A stretch of DNA of 64,000 nucleotides from Leucoraja ocellata. Its lineage: Eukaryota. The stretch's first letter is position 1, and every line of letters begins with the position of its first letter. Under the pieces are notes generated by a model. It saw nothing but the letters and a program-made list of their open reading frames with translations, did no database searches and had not been told where the DNA came from. The translations under genes were made by a program, and so were the position numbers. Shown one piece after another: positions 37,522 through 49,152 of the stretch. The stretch lies in the NCBI GenBank assembly GCA_036785375.1, contig JAWMAR010000465.1:434001-498000 (forward strand), given 5' to 3'.

Positions 37522-40439
37522 ACGTATTCACTTATTTCCATTGATGGGACTGCATTGATCAGTGGTATCCTGTAGATCGAAAATCATTGTTCAGGTAACA
37601 GAAATTAGTCCTTACAGAACATGCAAATCATAACCCAAAATTTGAGATATGGAATTTATATGGAAAAGAAGTTAATAAATATTTTTTCACCTCGCATTCC
37701 TTGACACATGCGCACCTGATGTAGCTTCACTTTGTGGAAAATTGCAATTATGGACCTTTCTGCAGTGATGCAACCCCTCCCGTCACTATCATCTTTCTTT
37801 CAGAATTTTATGTGTAATTTATGCAGAATTTGTAATAAGGTCAAAGCCATTTATTTAAAAACAATGCATCTTCCATTTAATGTGGGAGAGAAGCACAAGA
37901 GTGGCAGGAGATGAAGAGCCCGAGTACACGCTAATATGCAAGTCTCTACATTTGACTGAATAAAATTCCCACAAGAGTAAATGTTAGAAATATGAAATAT
38001 ATAAAGAGACCCAATGAAGAATAAAGTGTAGTAAGGAATAAACCGGGATTATAATATTTTGCATGTAGTAATCCAATCGAGCTAAAATAAAAACCCTATC
38101 TATTAAATGTTTTGTGCAACAACAGAATTCTAGTTGGTAGGCAAACATAGTTAATTGTTTCAATTCACACTTACATAATCGAAATAGTTGAAAAATATTA
38201 TTTTTATACTTATGTATAGTCATATTAATTATCATTCTTAATCAGCAAGAATCTCTCAATATTACAATTGTTTCTCCAGGTCTCAGAGTAATCACATAAA
38301 TTAATTTCTACATTTTATTCATGATATTCATCTTTTACCCACCTATCCCTTTGAAGGGCCTACAGATATTCATCATTTTATACCACAAATGAAACTTCAA
38401 TATGGTCTTAATATAATAATTCTGATTCTTTATTTTGTTTTTGTACTATATCGAGTTGTTTATTTAATTTTAGTTTTTTATGTTTATTATATTATCTATT
38501 GAGAACTTTGTTTACACACTTAGTATGCTGCTGTATGTAAACATCTCATTCTTTCGTTTTGATACATATGACAATAAAACACTCTTGACTCTTTAATCCT
38601 GAATATTAACTTAATTAATATTTCCAGGTACGGCAGAGGTTCACCTGCACCTCCTCCAACCTCATCTATTGCATCCGCTGCTCTAGGTGTCAACTGCTCT
38701 ACATCGGTGAGAAGAAACATAGGCTTGGCGATTGCTTCGCCCCAACACCTCCGCCCAGTTCGCATTAACCAACCTGATCTCCCGGTGGCTTAGCACTTCA
38801 ACTCCCCCTCCCATTCCGAATCCGACCTTTCTGTCCTGGGCCTCCTCCACGGCCAGAGTGAGTCCCACCGCGAATTGGAGGAGCAGCATCTCATATTTCA
38901 GTAGTTTATACCAGTGGTATGAACATTGACCTCCAATTTCAGATAGTCCTTGCTTTCTCCCTCCTTCCCCTCCCCTTGCCAGCTCTGCCACAGCCTATTG
39001 TCTCCGCCTCTTCCTTATTTCTTCCCGCCCCCCCCACCCCCACATCAGTCTGAAGCAAAGATCCTAGAGGAGCAAGATAGACCACTCCTCGAAAAACGCG
39101 TAGTATGACGTGTGTGATCGTCGACGCCATTTTATTGAGCATTTTATTGGGCTTCCCCCACACTGTCATGGCGCCCTTATCTAAATTTCATCTCACTGCT
39201 CTGCTATCAAGTATTCTAATCGTAAATCTAAACGACCCGACCTGTCATTCTTTAGGTTCCCCAATAAAAAAGAAAGGTGAGAAAATATTTTTATTATTTT
39301 CAGTCGATATTCTGTCGTGAAAATGTTATTTTCTGTTCTCCCATCAACGGCCATTGGGAAACTTGGTTTGTCGGTACATTAGAAAGTTATTAGACTTATT
39401 TTTAATAGTTCTTTACTCACCACAATAATAAAGACAATTTTAACACTTCTGTACGTTTTTGGTTTTGTTTTGTATGGGATTAGTCTCCACAATATGGCCC
39501 GCGGACACATTAGGTCCAGTGACCAGGAGATTTCTCCAGCTCAGATTCAAGTCCGAGAATGGGCGGCTGTTACCCATTATATTCCTCGAACATAGGGACA
39601 TAGCAAACAACACTCACATACGTACAAGACATCACAAGCAAAGATCACAAGCCTGCCGTGAAGAAGGGTGCAATCAAATATTATATAACTCTGCTCTATC
39701 ATCTTTGGGTGCAATGGTGGGTCGGAGGGTTCGGTGGCGGCGGCCGCAATCAAAGATACTAGTGGAGCTCTGCTCTATAATCTTTGGTCGGAATGGGACG
39801 GCTGCGCGTTATAATGTGCTATCGTTCCACTCTCCCTCTCCCCCTTCTCCCTCTCCCCCTTGTCCCTGTCCCCTTCTCCCTCCCCCCTTCTCCCTGTCCC
39901 CCCCTTTCCCCTTCTCCCTCCCCCTTCTCCCTCTCCCCCCTTCTCCCTCTTCTCTCGATCTCTCTCTCCCCTCCTCTCGATCTCTCGCTCCCCTCTCTTC
40001 TCTCGATCTCTCTCTCTCTCTCTCTCTCCCCCTCTCTTCACGATCTCCCTCCCTTCCCTCTCTCCCTCCCTTCCCTCTCTCCCTCCCTTACCTCTTCGTG
40101 AGAGTTGGCAGCTCTGCTATGCCTTGGGTCCAAAAGAGGATAGATAGAAAATACTTAATGGTCTTTGTAAGAAGATTTTAATAAGCTCTTCTACATTTAA
40201 GGTAAATTGACATATTAGAGCCAAAACGCATTTTCAATATACAGGTCTCTCCACACAACTGAAAACAATTGCATTTAAGTGATATATCATCCATTGTTCA
40301 GGCAAGTAGCACTAGGTTACAATAAACTTCTTACATATTCCAGGAATTCATCTCATAAAAATGGGAGAGGCTTAAATGCATTGTAAAATCATAAATCCAT
40401 GTTGACTTGGACTAATCCTTTTACTGCTATCCAAATGCC

Positions 40440-41779
40440 CCATTATTACATCTTTAATAATTGACTCCAGCATCTTTCACACCACCAAAGTCAGGCTAAC
40501 TGGTCTGTAATTCCCCGTTTTCTCTCTCGCTCCTTTCTTGAAAAGTGGGATAGCATTAGCTATCCTCCAATCCACAGGAACTGATCGTAAATCTATTGAT
40601 CGTTGGAAAATAATAGAAACATAGAAATTAGGTGCAGGAGTAGGCCATTCGGCCCTTCGAGCCTGCAACGCCATTCAATATGATCATGGCTGATCATCCA
40701 ACTCAGTATCCCGTACCTGCCTTCTCTCCATACCCTCTGATCCCCTTAGCCACAAGGGCCACATCTAACTCCCTCTTAAATATAGCCAATGAACTGGCCT
40801 CGACTACCCTCTGCGGCAGAGAGTTCCAGAGATTCACCACTCTCTATGTGAAAAAGGTTCTTCTCATCTCGGTTTTAAAGGATTTCCCCCTTATCCTTAA
40901 GCTGTGACCCCTTGTCCTGGACTTCCCCAACATCGGGAGCAATCTTCCTGCATCTAGCCTGTCCAACCCCTTAAGAATTTTGTAAGTTTCTATAAGATCC
41001 CCTCTCAATCTCCTAAATTCTAGAGAGTATAAACCAAGTCTATCCAGTCTTTCTTCATAAGACAGTCCTGACATCCCAGGAATCAGTCTGGTGAACCTTC
41101 TCTGCGCTCCCTCTATGGCAATAATGTCCTTCCTCAGATTTGGAGACCAAAACTGTACGCAATACTCCAGGTGTGGTCTCACCAAGACCCTGTACAACTG
41201 CAGTAGAACCTCCCTGCTCCTATACTCAAATCCTTTCGCTATGAAAGCTAACATACCATTCGCTTTCTTCACTGCCTGCTGCACCTGCATGCCTACTTTC
41301 AATGCCTGGTGTACCATGACACCCAGGTCTCGCTGCATCTCCCCTTTTCCTAGTCGGCCGCCATTTAGATAATAGTCTGCTTTCCTGTTTTTGCCACCAA
41401 AATGGATAACCTCACATTTATCCACATTATACTGCATCTGCCAAACATTAGCCCACTCACCCAGCCTATCCAAGTCACCTTGCAGTCTCCTAGCATCCTC
41501 CTCACAGCTAACACTGCCCCCCAGCTTAGTGTCATCCGCAAACTTGGAGATATTGCCTTCAATTCCCTCATCCAGATCATTAATATATATTGTAAATAGC
41601 TTGGGTCCCAGTACTGAGCCTTGCGGTACCCCACTAGTCACTGCCTGCCTAATGAAGAACTCAACCATATTATGGTCACTCTTGCCCAAGGGGGCACGTA
41701 CAACAAGATTGCTAACTAACCCGTCCTCATTACTCAATACCCAGTCTAAAATAGCCTGCTCTCTCGTTGGTTCCTCTAC
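40440..41779 (-). mobile_element. CR1 fragments nested in the hAT element
   Basis: Open RT C-terminus GVPQGSVLGP..FADDTKL..RPHLEYCVQFWSP with full 3' UTR; second fragment at 40440-40610. Confidence 0.92.
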
Positions 41780-42078
41780 NNNNNNNNNNNNNNNNNNNNN
41801 NNNNNNNNNNNNNNNNNNNNNNNNNNNNNNNNNNNNNNNNNNNNNNNNNNNNNNNNNNNNNNNNNNNNNNNNNNNNNNNNNNNNNNNNNNNNNNNNNNNN
41901 NNNNNNNNAAATGTATCCATATGNNNNNNNNNNNNNNNNNNNNNNNNNNNNNNNNNNNNNNNNNNNNNNNNNNNNNNNNNNNNNNNNNNNNNNNNNNNNN
42001 NNNNNNNNNNNNNNNNNNNNNNNNNNNNNNNNNNNNNNNNNNNNNNNNNNNNNNNNNNNNNNNNNNNNNNNNNNNNNN
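41780..42078. other. Assembly gaps (N 41780-41908 and 41924-42078) with a 15-bp island
   Basis: N runs. Confidence 1.
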
Positions 42079-43011
42079 CCTTTATGGTTTATGTATATCA
42101 TCTTACAAGACAAATAAATTAATAGTGATTATTTAAATCAAAGTAGCTTCTGATCCATGAGAATAAACTTAACTATCTGTAACTTGCCTCTCACACACAG
42201 ACACACATTCATATAAATATATATAATATGTATACGTTAAATTTAATTTTGTGCAGTGTGTGTTAAAGCAATACAATGCAAGGGAAACTACGCAAAGGAG
42301 GGGGCTGTTCCCGCTACAAGATATTCGAGGATCTTTGCTTTGGATCAAAGATTATAGCGGAGCTCTATAATCTTTGCTTTGGATCACAGCGGGTGGCATA
42401 CCGGAAGTCGCATGTCGCCCTAAAAAATGGCGGCCGTGACGTTCCGTCACGTACTACACGCCAGCCCATTGAATTTCGAAGGAGTGGTCTATCTTGCTCC
42501 TCTAGGATCTTTGGTCTGAAGAAGGGTATCGACCTAAAACGTCACCTATTCCTTCGCTCCATTGATGCTGCCTCACCCGCTGAGTTTCTCCAGCATTTGT
42601 CTACCTTCGATTTTTCCAGCATCTGCAGTTCCTTCTTAAACATTAACTTCATTAAAGTCATTTCACAATTGTCTGTTCCACTGATCACTGACATTTTCCA
42701 AAATAACGTTTGGAGTTTTACTTCTATCCTGCAAGAAATTTAAATCATCCTAACATATTTATGATTGTTTATCTCAGCTGTTTTATTTTTTCTGTACATA
42801 ACCTATTTCTTATATGTTCACAGATTAGCTCCAGCAGTTTAAAAATTGATGTACTAGATCTATGAACATACAAAAAAAGATGGAAGAATAAATTGTACAT
42901 CATCTGTTTCTGATTATTATGCTCAATTGCACCCTGCTCATCCACTGCTAAATTTGTGCTTTATTAATATTCAATATGATTGTGCCATCCAATAGTAGTT
43001 TACTGACTAAC

Positions 43012-43222
43012 CTGATGTTCTTCTTCTCTTGAATACTAATGGGAAGTTCTCGCAATGGTCTGTCGACTTGTTCATTTTCATCTCCCACTGATTCTCCTCT
43101 CTTTAGTGAAGTCCTGGATGGATAGCTGAGGATGCTTTTCCGTCTGATTGTGGATGGCCCTCTCACCAACGTCTGATAGCTAGGCAATTCATGCAAGAGT
43201 GGATTGATGGAGAAATAATTAC
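43012..43222 (-). CDS. TMC7: TMC7 exon 2
   Basis: tag| acceptor, AG|gttagt donor; NPLLHELPSYQTL...LRELPISIQEKKNIR resembles the TMC7 N-terminus (LQELPSY...ISEKRRLR). Confidence 0.9.
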
Positions 43223-43949
43223 CTACAAATCAAGGTTTAAAAGAATCTAGTAAGATAATCAATACATGGAGTTACACCCATCCACACAAGTGGAGAATAT
43301 CCCATCACATTCCTGACTCTTGCCTTGTGTATCATGTAAATCCTGAGAGAGTCAGTCGATGCAAGGTCTCCAACCTGTTGTGTAGTCACAGAAAATAAAG
43401 AACAAAAGGTACCAGAAATCTAAAAGTAAAAATGCTGTAAACAGGCAATCTGCACCAATGGAAGGAGTTAAGATTTCGGGTCCAAGATGCTTTGTCAGAA
43501 GCCATTGTGTAGCTTGTAAAATAAAACATGATTGGTGGTCACAGTATTTATGGAATTGGTCTTGTTTAACTCTGATCACTGTGATGTTGATGGTGAGGGA
43601 TTTGATGATGATAATACAGCTGCTTTTCAAGGCAAAATGACTGGACTGTCTGGTTGGTTTGGGTCGGGTGGTGCAGGATCGGGCTTGTTCTCAGTGAGTG
43701 GCACCAAACACGGCATAAAAACATAAAAACTCTCATGTCGCCAGAGCTCATCTCCGACAGAGCGAAATTATTACGATGTCTACATAAACGTTGGCTCCCT
43801 CGGTGCCGTGGTTCAGTAGAAAACACTCAACCCACCACTCTGTTGGCCAAAGGTTGTGAATCTGAAGTGAAGTGAAACAAGTGAACGTTTTCCCCGTCAG
43901 GTGGGCGGAGGCTGCACTGGTGATGTACCGGGCCCTGGGGCCACCAGCC

Positions 43950-44095
43950 GGCACCCCGACCCGGGCCCACCCCGACCCCGACACCGACCCCACCCCGACC
44001 CGGGACACCCCCAACCCCGACCCAACCCGGGCCCACCCGACCCCAACCCGACCCCGACCCGACACCACCCGACCCCAACCCGACCCCGACCCGGG
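43950..44095. repeat. Degenerate (CCCGAC)n repeat in TMC7 intron 1
   Basis: Runs of cccgac/cccaac. Confidence 0.8.
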
Positions 44096-44193
44096 GCCCA
44101 GCGCGGATCTCCCAGCCGCGCCCGCCCCGGTGATCGAGAACCTTCGGCGGCCCCGGGACGATGGCGCCGCGGTCCGACACCGGCCTCACTCAC

Positions 44194-44230
44194 CCGTCTT
44201 GGCGTCCCTCGGCAGCCGTTCCTCATTCAT
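44194..44230 (-). CDS. TMC7: TMC7 coding exon 1 (MNEERLPRDAKT-G)
   Basis: ATG at 44230 inside a CpG island; donor G|GTGAGT; 37 nt, phase 1 fits exon 2. Confidence 0.8.
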
Positions 44231-44237
44231 GATGTCG

Positions 44238-44465
44238 CCGCCGCCCTCCCTGCCCGGCACACGGTGCGCGCTCCCGCCGCCCTCCCTGCCCGGCACACGG
44301 TGCGCGCTCCCGCCGCCCTCCCTGCCCGGCACACGGTGCGCGCTCCCGCCGCCCTCCCTGCCCGGCACACGGTGCGCGCTCCCGCCGCCCTCCCTGCCCG
44401 GCACACGGTGCGCGCTCCCGCCGCCCTCCCTGCCCGGCACACGGTGCGCGCTCCCGCCGCCCTCC
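44238..44465. repeat. 36-bp minisatellite, 6 perfect copies plus a partial
   Basis: Unit ccgccgccctccctgcccggcacacggtgcgcgctc read directly. Confidence 0.97.
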
Positions 44466-46039
44466 TGTTCCCGCCCGCGGCTCCGGGCTGTCCGCTCCAC
44501 ACTCGGCCTGAGGCGCCGCCCGCTCCGCTCCGCCCTCCTCGGTTTCTCCAAAGTCCCTCCCTCACACACAGGTTGTCATGACCAAAGATCGTGTCATGAG
44601 GACATGGAGATGGAAACCAAAGGCTCCTCTAGTATATTTGATGGGAACGAACGAGCCTCAGTCACGTTGGAGGGGATGTTCAACCATTGCCATCACCAGC
44701 TGGGCCAGACTTACATCACTGCACAGGCATGGCCATGGCATTTCAGGACAGCTTCCTCACTGCCCACCTGCAGTGTCCCCCAGCTACCTGGGCCAGGTGA
44801 CACACCAGAAGGTAGGCATCAATGCCAGTTGGTGCCACATTGGTGAGGCCTGTTTGCACATATTGTTGTGTGGCATCAATGAGATTGCACTGTACAGCAT
44901 CTAGTAACTGGGAGTGTAACCATGGCATGGGTGAGTGTGCTCCCTGAATAAGCTGTGGGACATGGTGGTGTTTGTGGGGGACTGGGTCGGAAATGGGGTC
45001 ATGGTCTACAGAAAACCAGCCTGCATTAACATTATTCCATCCTCCAGCTCCAGTACTTACAAAACGGATTGGTTTTGAAGCACAGACACCTCGCATCTGC
45101 TCTCTTGTCTGAGCACGGTGCTGTTCCTGCTGCAGAGCTGAATGAGGCATGAGTTCAGGTTCTGTATATTCACTCAAGTTCAAGGGGGATCCGTCTCCTC
45201 ATCAGAGGGAACAGTCGATTGACGTGCAGGATGCTTTTCCTGCAGGAGAATTATGAGCTGATCATGGATTACGTGTCTGACGTGCCCATGAGTGGGTCTC
45301 GCTGCTCAGTACAGCCAGCTGCTTGCTGGTAGCTTCATATTATGGCAGAGGAGCCCATGTATCAGAGATTGATCGCTTCGGATGAAACTACAAAGAAGCA
45401 GAAAGCAGTGGCCTGTGCATCCATGCTGTGTCATCCCAACCAATATGTCCGGTTGAATTGCTGCCAAGTCATTGCAAAGAATTGTGCACCATGCCTCCAC
45501 ATTCCTCAGTTTACACATCCTCCTGTGAGAGAATTGAGATGGACTCCTCTCAGCACCTTATCATCTCATGGTCAGGACAGGCAGCCCTGACATTGCTCCA
45601 GACATTAATAATGGAAAGCAAGCACAAAACAGATGTATTAACAGGTGTCTACCATCAGTCCTCACTGGAGGATATAAATAACACCCCAGGCTAGAAGAAA
45701 ATAGGGAATTAGAACACAGGGTGAAATTTTAATCATCAAGAAAGAAAGAGACAAAGTGCTACAAGGTGTAACTCAGCAGGTCAGGCACCATTTCTGGAGA
45801 ACATTGATATGTGATGTTTCGTGATTCAGGCAACCTGTCTGAAAAAAAGTCCCGACCCAAAATGTTGCCTATCCGCATTCTCCAGAGATGCTGCCTGACC
45901 CGCTGAGTTACTTCAACACATTGTGTCATTTTTTGTAAACCAGCATCTGCAGTTCCTTGTGTCTGCAATCATCAGGAATGTGACTCTGGGATGTGAACAA
46001 ATTGTTGGAACTGCAAGTTATCCTTGGTCTCAAATGAAA

Positions 46040-46700
46040 TGCCTGATATGAGAGTTGATGCATTGATTTTATTTTTACAAAATTCATGGGATTTGTGGAA
46101 GTTCCATTAGATTAGAAAATTGTATATAACGCCTATTGCCAAAAAAGAATGGAGACAAAATCAATGAAACTATAAGCCAGTATTAGTAGTAATTATCAAA
46201 GATATTATAACATTTGAAAATTCCAATATGATCATGTACTGTCAATGCGCTTTAATGATACGGATGTTGTGCTTGTCCAATTTATTAGAGTTCTGTGGAT
46301 TACAGGGAACCTGTGGATTATTACATTTAAATTTCCACAAGACTGTTGATAAAGTGTTGTGTCAAAGGTTATTGCGGAAAATAAAAACTAATGATGTAAG
46401 AGGCAATTGTGGACGGATGGTCGGTTAACCAACAGGAAACAGAGGGTTGGCATAAATGGGTCTTTTTCCTGTTAGCATGATTTAATGTGTGGTGCCCCAC
46501 AGGGACTGATACTAAGACCTCGGCTTTCTACAATTTATATATGTCATTGACTTGAATTAAGGCCAAGGTATGGGTAGTAAATTTGCTAATGTGATAGGTA
46601 GGTTATGAAGAGAAAAGAAAGAGTTTTTTCTGTGGCTGATAATTGGAAATATATTGGGCAAATCTCCACCTGAGGTCCATCCTATTGAAATGAAGAACTT
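46040..46700 (+). mobile_element. Old CR1 RT fragment
   Basis: CLSNLLEF..LNFHKTVDKVLCQRLLRKIK. Confidence 0.7.
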
Positions 46701-47645
46701 GATGATTACTTAGTAAATGAAAAACAAAGATGTAAGTTACTGAAACAAAGAAACTATAGCTACAGTGTCAAGTCATAGAGCTGTACAACATGGAAACAGG
46801 CCCTTCGTCTACTATGCTAACTTGGTCCTATTTGCCTGCATTTGGTCCATGGCCCAATAAATCCTTCTTATCCATGTTTTCTGTATTTTACGTAAGGAAT
46901 GCATATTTTTTGATATTTTTGGCCTGAATTTGAACATATACTTAGTTGACATCAACTTCAGAATGTGTACCTTCATGTGCTTGACTATAAGTATACATAT
47001 AGTTATATCAGGTTAAAGCAGATACATTATACATTGGTATACATGACAGTAAACTAAACAACATCATGTGAACCGCCTGTAAGAAGAGACTTGGATTGTA
47101 AATCTGCCCTTCTCTGGTACAAAGATTTGCATCAGTACTCTGCCGGGTTATTATTACTTGCAGTTGTGTGTTTTCTTTTAACAATGTTCCCCATTGGCTA
47201 ATCTAATGATCATAATTGCTAACCAAATGGTTGACATTTAGAGATATGGACTCATTTTGTATTCTATAAAATACTTGAATGCTTTGCAGTGTTTATGCAT
47301 AGGCTTATTCATTAACAATTGAAATTAATTCCTGAGGTCAGTATGTGTCTCGTGCTTTAAAACATTTATCTCAGTTAAATTTAAAACCGTCTTTAGTGCC
47401 TACGTGATCCATTTCAATATATCAAATGTTATCATTTGGGTTTGAACACAGCTGACGTGACCTGCTCTTGTGCTCACCTCCTGTGTACTTTGTGGCCATG
47501 TGCCTCGTGGCCACCTCATGGTCTCCATTCCACCACTATCCTTGAGGTCGAACACCATTTAGGGCTAATGACCAGAGCCTGGATGATACTTCCTGAGGCC
47601 AACCAGCACCACTTGGTGCCCTCTGTCAGCCTATTTCACTGTTTA

Positions 47646-47948
47646 ATTTAGTTTTGTTTAGAGATACAGAGCAGAAATAGGCCCTTCGGCCCACCAAGTC
47701 CGTGACGACCAGCGATCCCCGCACACTAACACTCCCCTACACAAACTAGGGGCAATTTAAACGTTTTACCAAAGCCAATTAACCTACAAACCTGTACATC
47801 TTTGGAGTTTGGAGAAAAACCAGAGCTCCTGGAGAAAACCCACAGGGAAAACATACAAACTCCATACAGGCAGCACCCGAAGGCAGGATCAAACACGAGC
47901 CTCTGGCGCTGTAAGGTAGCAAATCTACCGCTGCGACACCGCGCCATC
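47646..47948 (-). mobile_element. tRNA-derived V-SINE (HE1-like)
   Basis: tRNA-like head with B-box-like gtttgatcct, V-domain tggagtttgtatgtt..tgggttttctcc, CR1-like tail. Confidence 0.75.
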
Positions 47949-47984
47949 CCCTTTTAATGCTTCCAAATATTTCTGATAAAATGT

Positions 47985-48248
47985 AAGTTCGATCCTGACT
48001 TCCGATGCTGTCTGTGTGGAGTTTGCACGTTCTCCCTGTGACCGTGTGGGTTTTCCCCGGATGCTCAGGTTTCCTCCCACATCCCAAAGGCGTGTGAGTT
48101 TGTAGATTAATTGGCCACTATAAATTGCCATTGTGTGTGGGAAGTGGATGAGAAAGTAGGATAACTTAGACTAGTGTGAACAGGTCTTAGGTGGTCAATG
48201 TGGACTTGGTGAGCTGGTCCTATTATGTATATTTAACTAAGCAAAGCT
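47985..48248 (+). mobile_element. V-SINE (HE1-like), 5'-truncated
   Basis: gttcgatcct B box; gtgtggagtttgcacgttctcc..gtgggttttcc..ggtttcctcccaca V-domain. Confidence 0.75.
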
Positions 48249-48499
48249 AATGGGGCAATCTACATAAACACTAAACGTTAACAAATAAAAATAGAAATTG
48301 TGTTTGAAAATACATTTAAGTATTACTTTATAATATGCAGTTACAAAACAAAATAAGCTACAATTTAACTGAAATTATATATTTTATTAAAAGTAGCAAC
48401 ATAAATTTTGTTGTGTGGACATGCTGGCTGTGTTTTGTGAACTTTGAATACATTTCTTGGTGATTTTTGCCGGATTGTGCAATTTGCTTAATATCTCGA

Positions 48500-48601
48500 A
48501 GCACTGTTCTACCTGAATGACCCGTAATTCCATATTCTATTCCTGGGAACATCGTTTTTCGCCTCAGTCCGAGTACACGTTCGGGCGATTAACTGTGTCA
48601 G
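48500..48601 (+). other. Probable first exon of the plus-strand TMC gene (5' boundary approximate)
   Basis: Local CpG enrichment about 48470-48780 and a perfect CAG|GTGAGT donor at 48601/48602. Confidence 0.45.
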
Positions 48602-49020
48602 GTGAGTGGGATGGACGGCTGGTTCCGGGAGGAGGGGATTTCATCACCATTTGTTTCCATGGAGCCAACATCGCCACGTTAAAACTTCAGGGAGAATGCA
48701 GAATCGACAATAAGCGCGAGTATGGAGAATTGCCGATAAAACAAGCCGGTGTTCTATTTCTCTTTTCCAGCAGCGGGAATAGTTCAAGTGCAGTAGTTTG
48801 GTGATTAACTGGTATGTTGATTTGCATTCTCCTTCATACCATTGCTTAATTTATTTGAATTACTGTACATAGTTACAATTAATCATTTAGTATTTTTCTT
48901 GTGTTTACCCTGATGTAAATGCATATTTATGGTTTTAAATCTGTCGTCTAAAAACCCGCTTTGAGAAAAGAACAAAGCAGGCAGTTGAAAGATTTCTCTA
49001 ATGTGTGGAGTTTGAAGAAG

Positions 49021-49152
49021 GGCTGAAGAAGGGTTTCGGCCCGAAACGTTGCCTATTTCCTTCGCTCCATAGATGCTGCTGCACCCGCTGAGTTTCTCCA
49101 GCTTTTTTGTGTAACCTTCGATTCTCCAGCATCTGCAGTTCCCTCTTAAACC
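49021..49152 (+). mobile_element. Short hammerhead-bearing Penelope-terminal element
   Basis: Essentially identical to 23791-23918; tgaaagatttctcta occurs on both sides. Confidence 0.85.

Larger units (their letters stand above)
39056..42513. mobile_element. hAT-type non-autonomous DNA transposon
   Basis: Perfect 33-bp TIR caaagatcctagaggagcaagatagaccactcc; 8-bp TSD gtctgaag at 39048-39055 and 42514-42521; spans an assembly gap. Confidence 0.85.
38620..42642 (+). mobile_element. Penelope 3' fragment (38620-39055 and 42522-42642) split by a hAT element
   Basis: GIY-YIG coding remnant and terminal repeat continuing after 42514. Confidence 0.85.
43880..44560. promoter_or_regulatory. CpG island / TMC7 promoter and exon 1
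   Basis: Very GC- and CpG-rich relative to the flanks, multiple GGGCGG boxes, contains the TMC7 ATG. Confidence 0.85.

Noticed and set aside
39459-40181. 240-aa ORF as a possible hAT transposase
   Set aside because: No BED, DDE or dimerisation motifs; the second half is a CT low-complexity tract
41730-42136. ORFs running through X residues
   Set aside because: Artefacts of the N gaps
4626-44230. Calling TMC7 a pseudogene
   Set aside because: A single 1-nt discrepancy at a G run; all other exons and splice sites are intact
43748-44846. Long overlapping ORFs (324, 226, 120 aa) across the CpG island
   Set aside because: Produced by stop-poor GC-rich tandem repeats; only the 37-nt exon 1 has splice support
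44575-45590. Possible degenerate LINE or small gene upstream of TMC7
   Set aside because: Looks like decayed non-LTR sequence but no motif could be read with confidence, so it is not called
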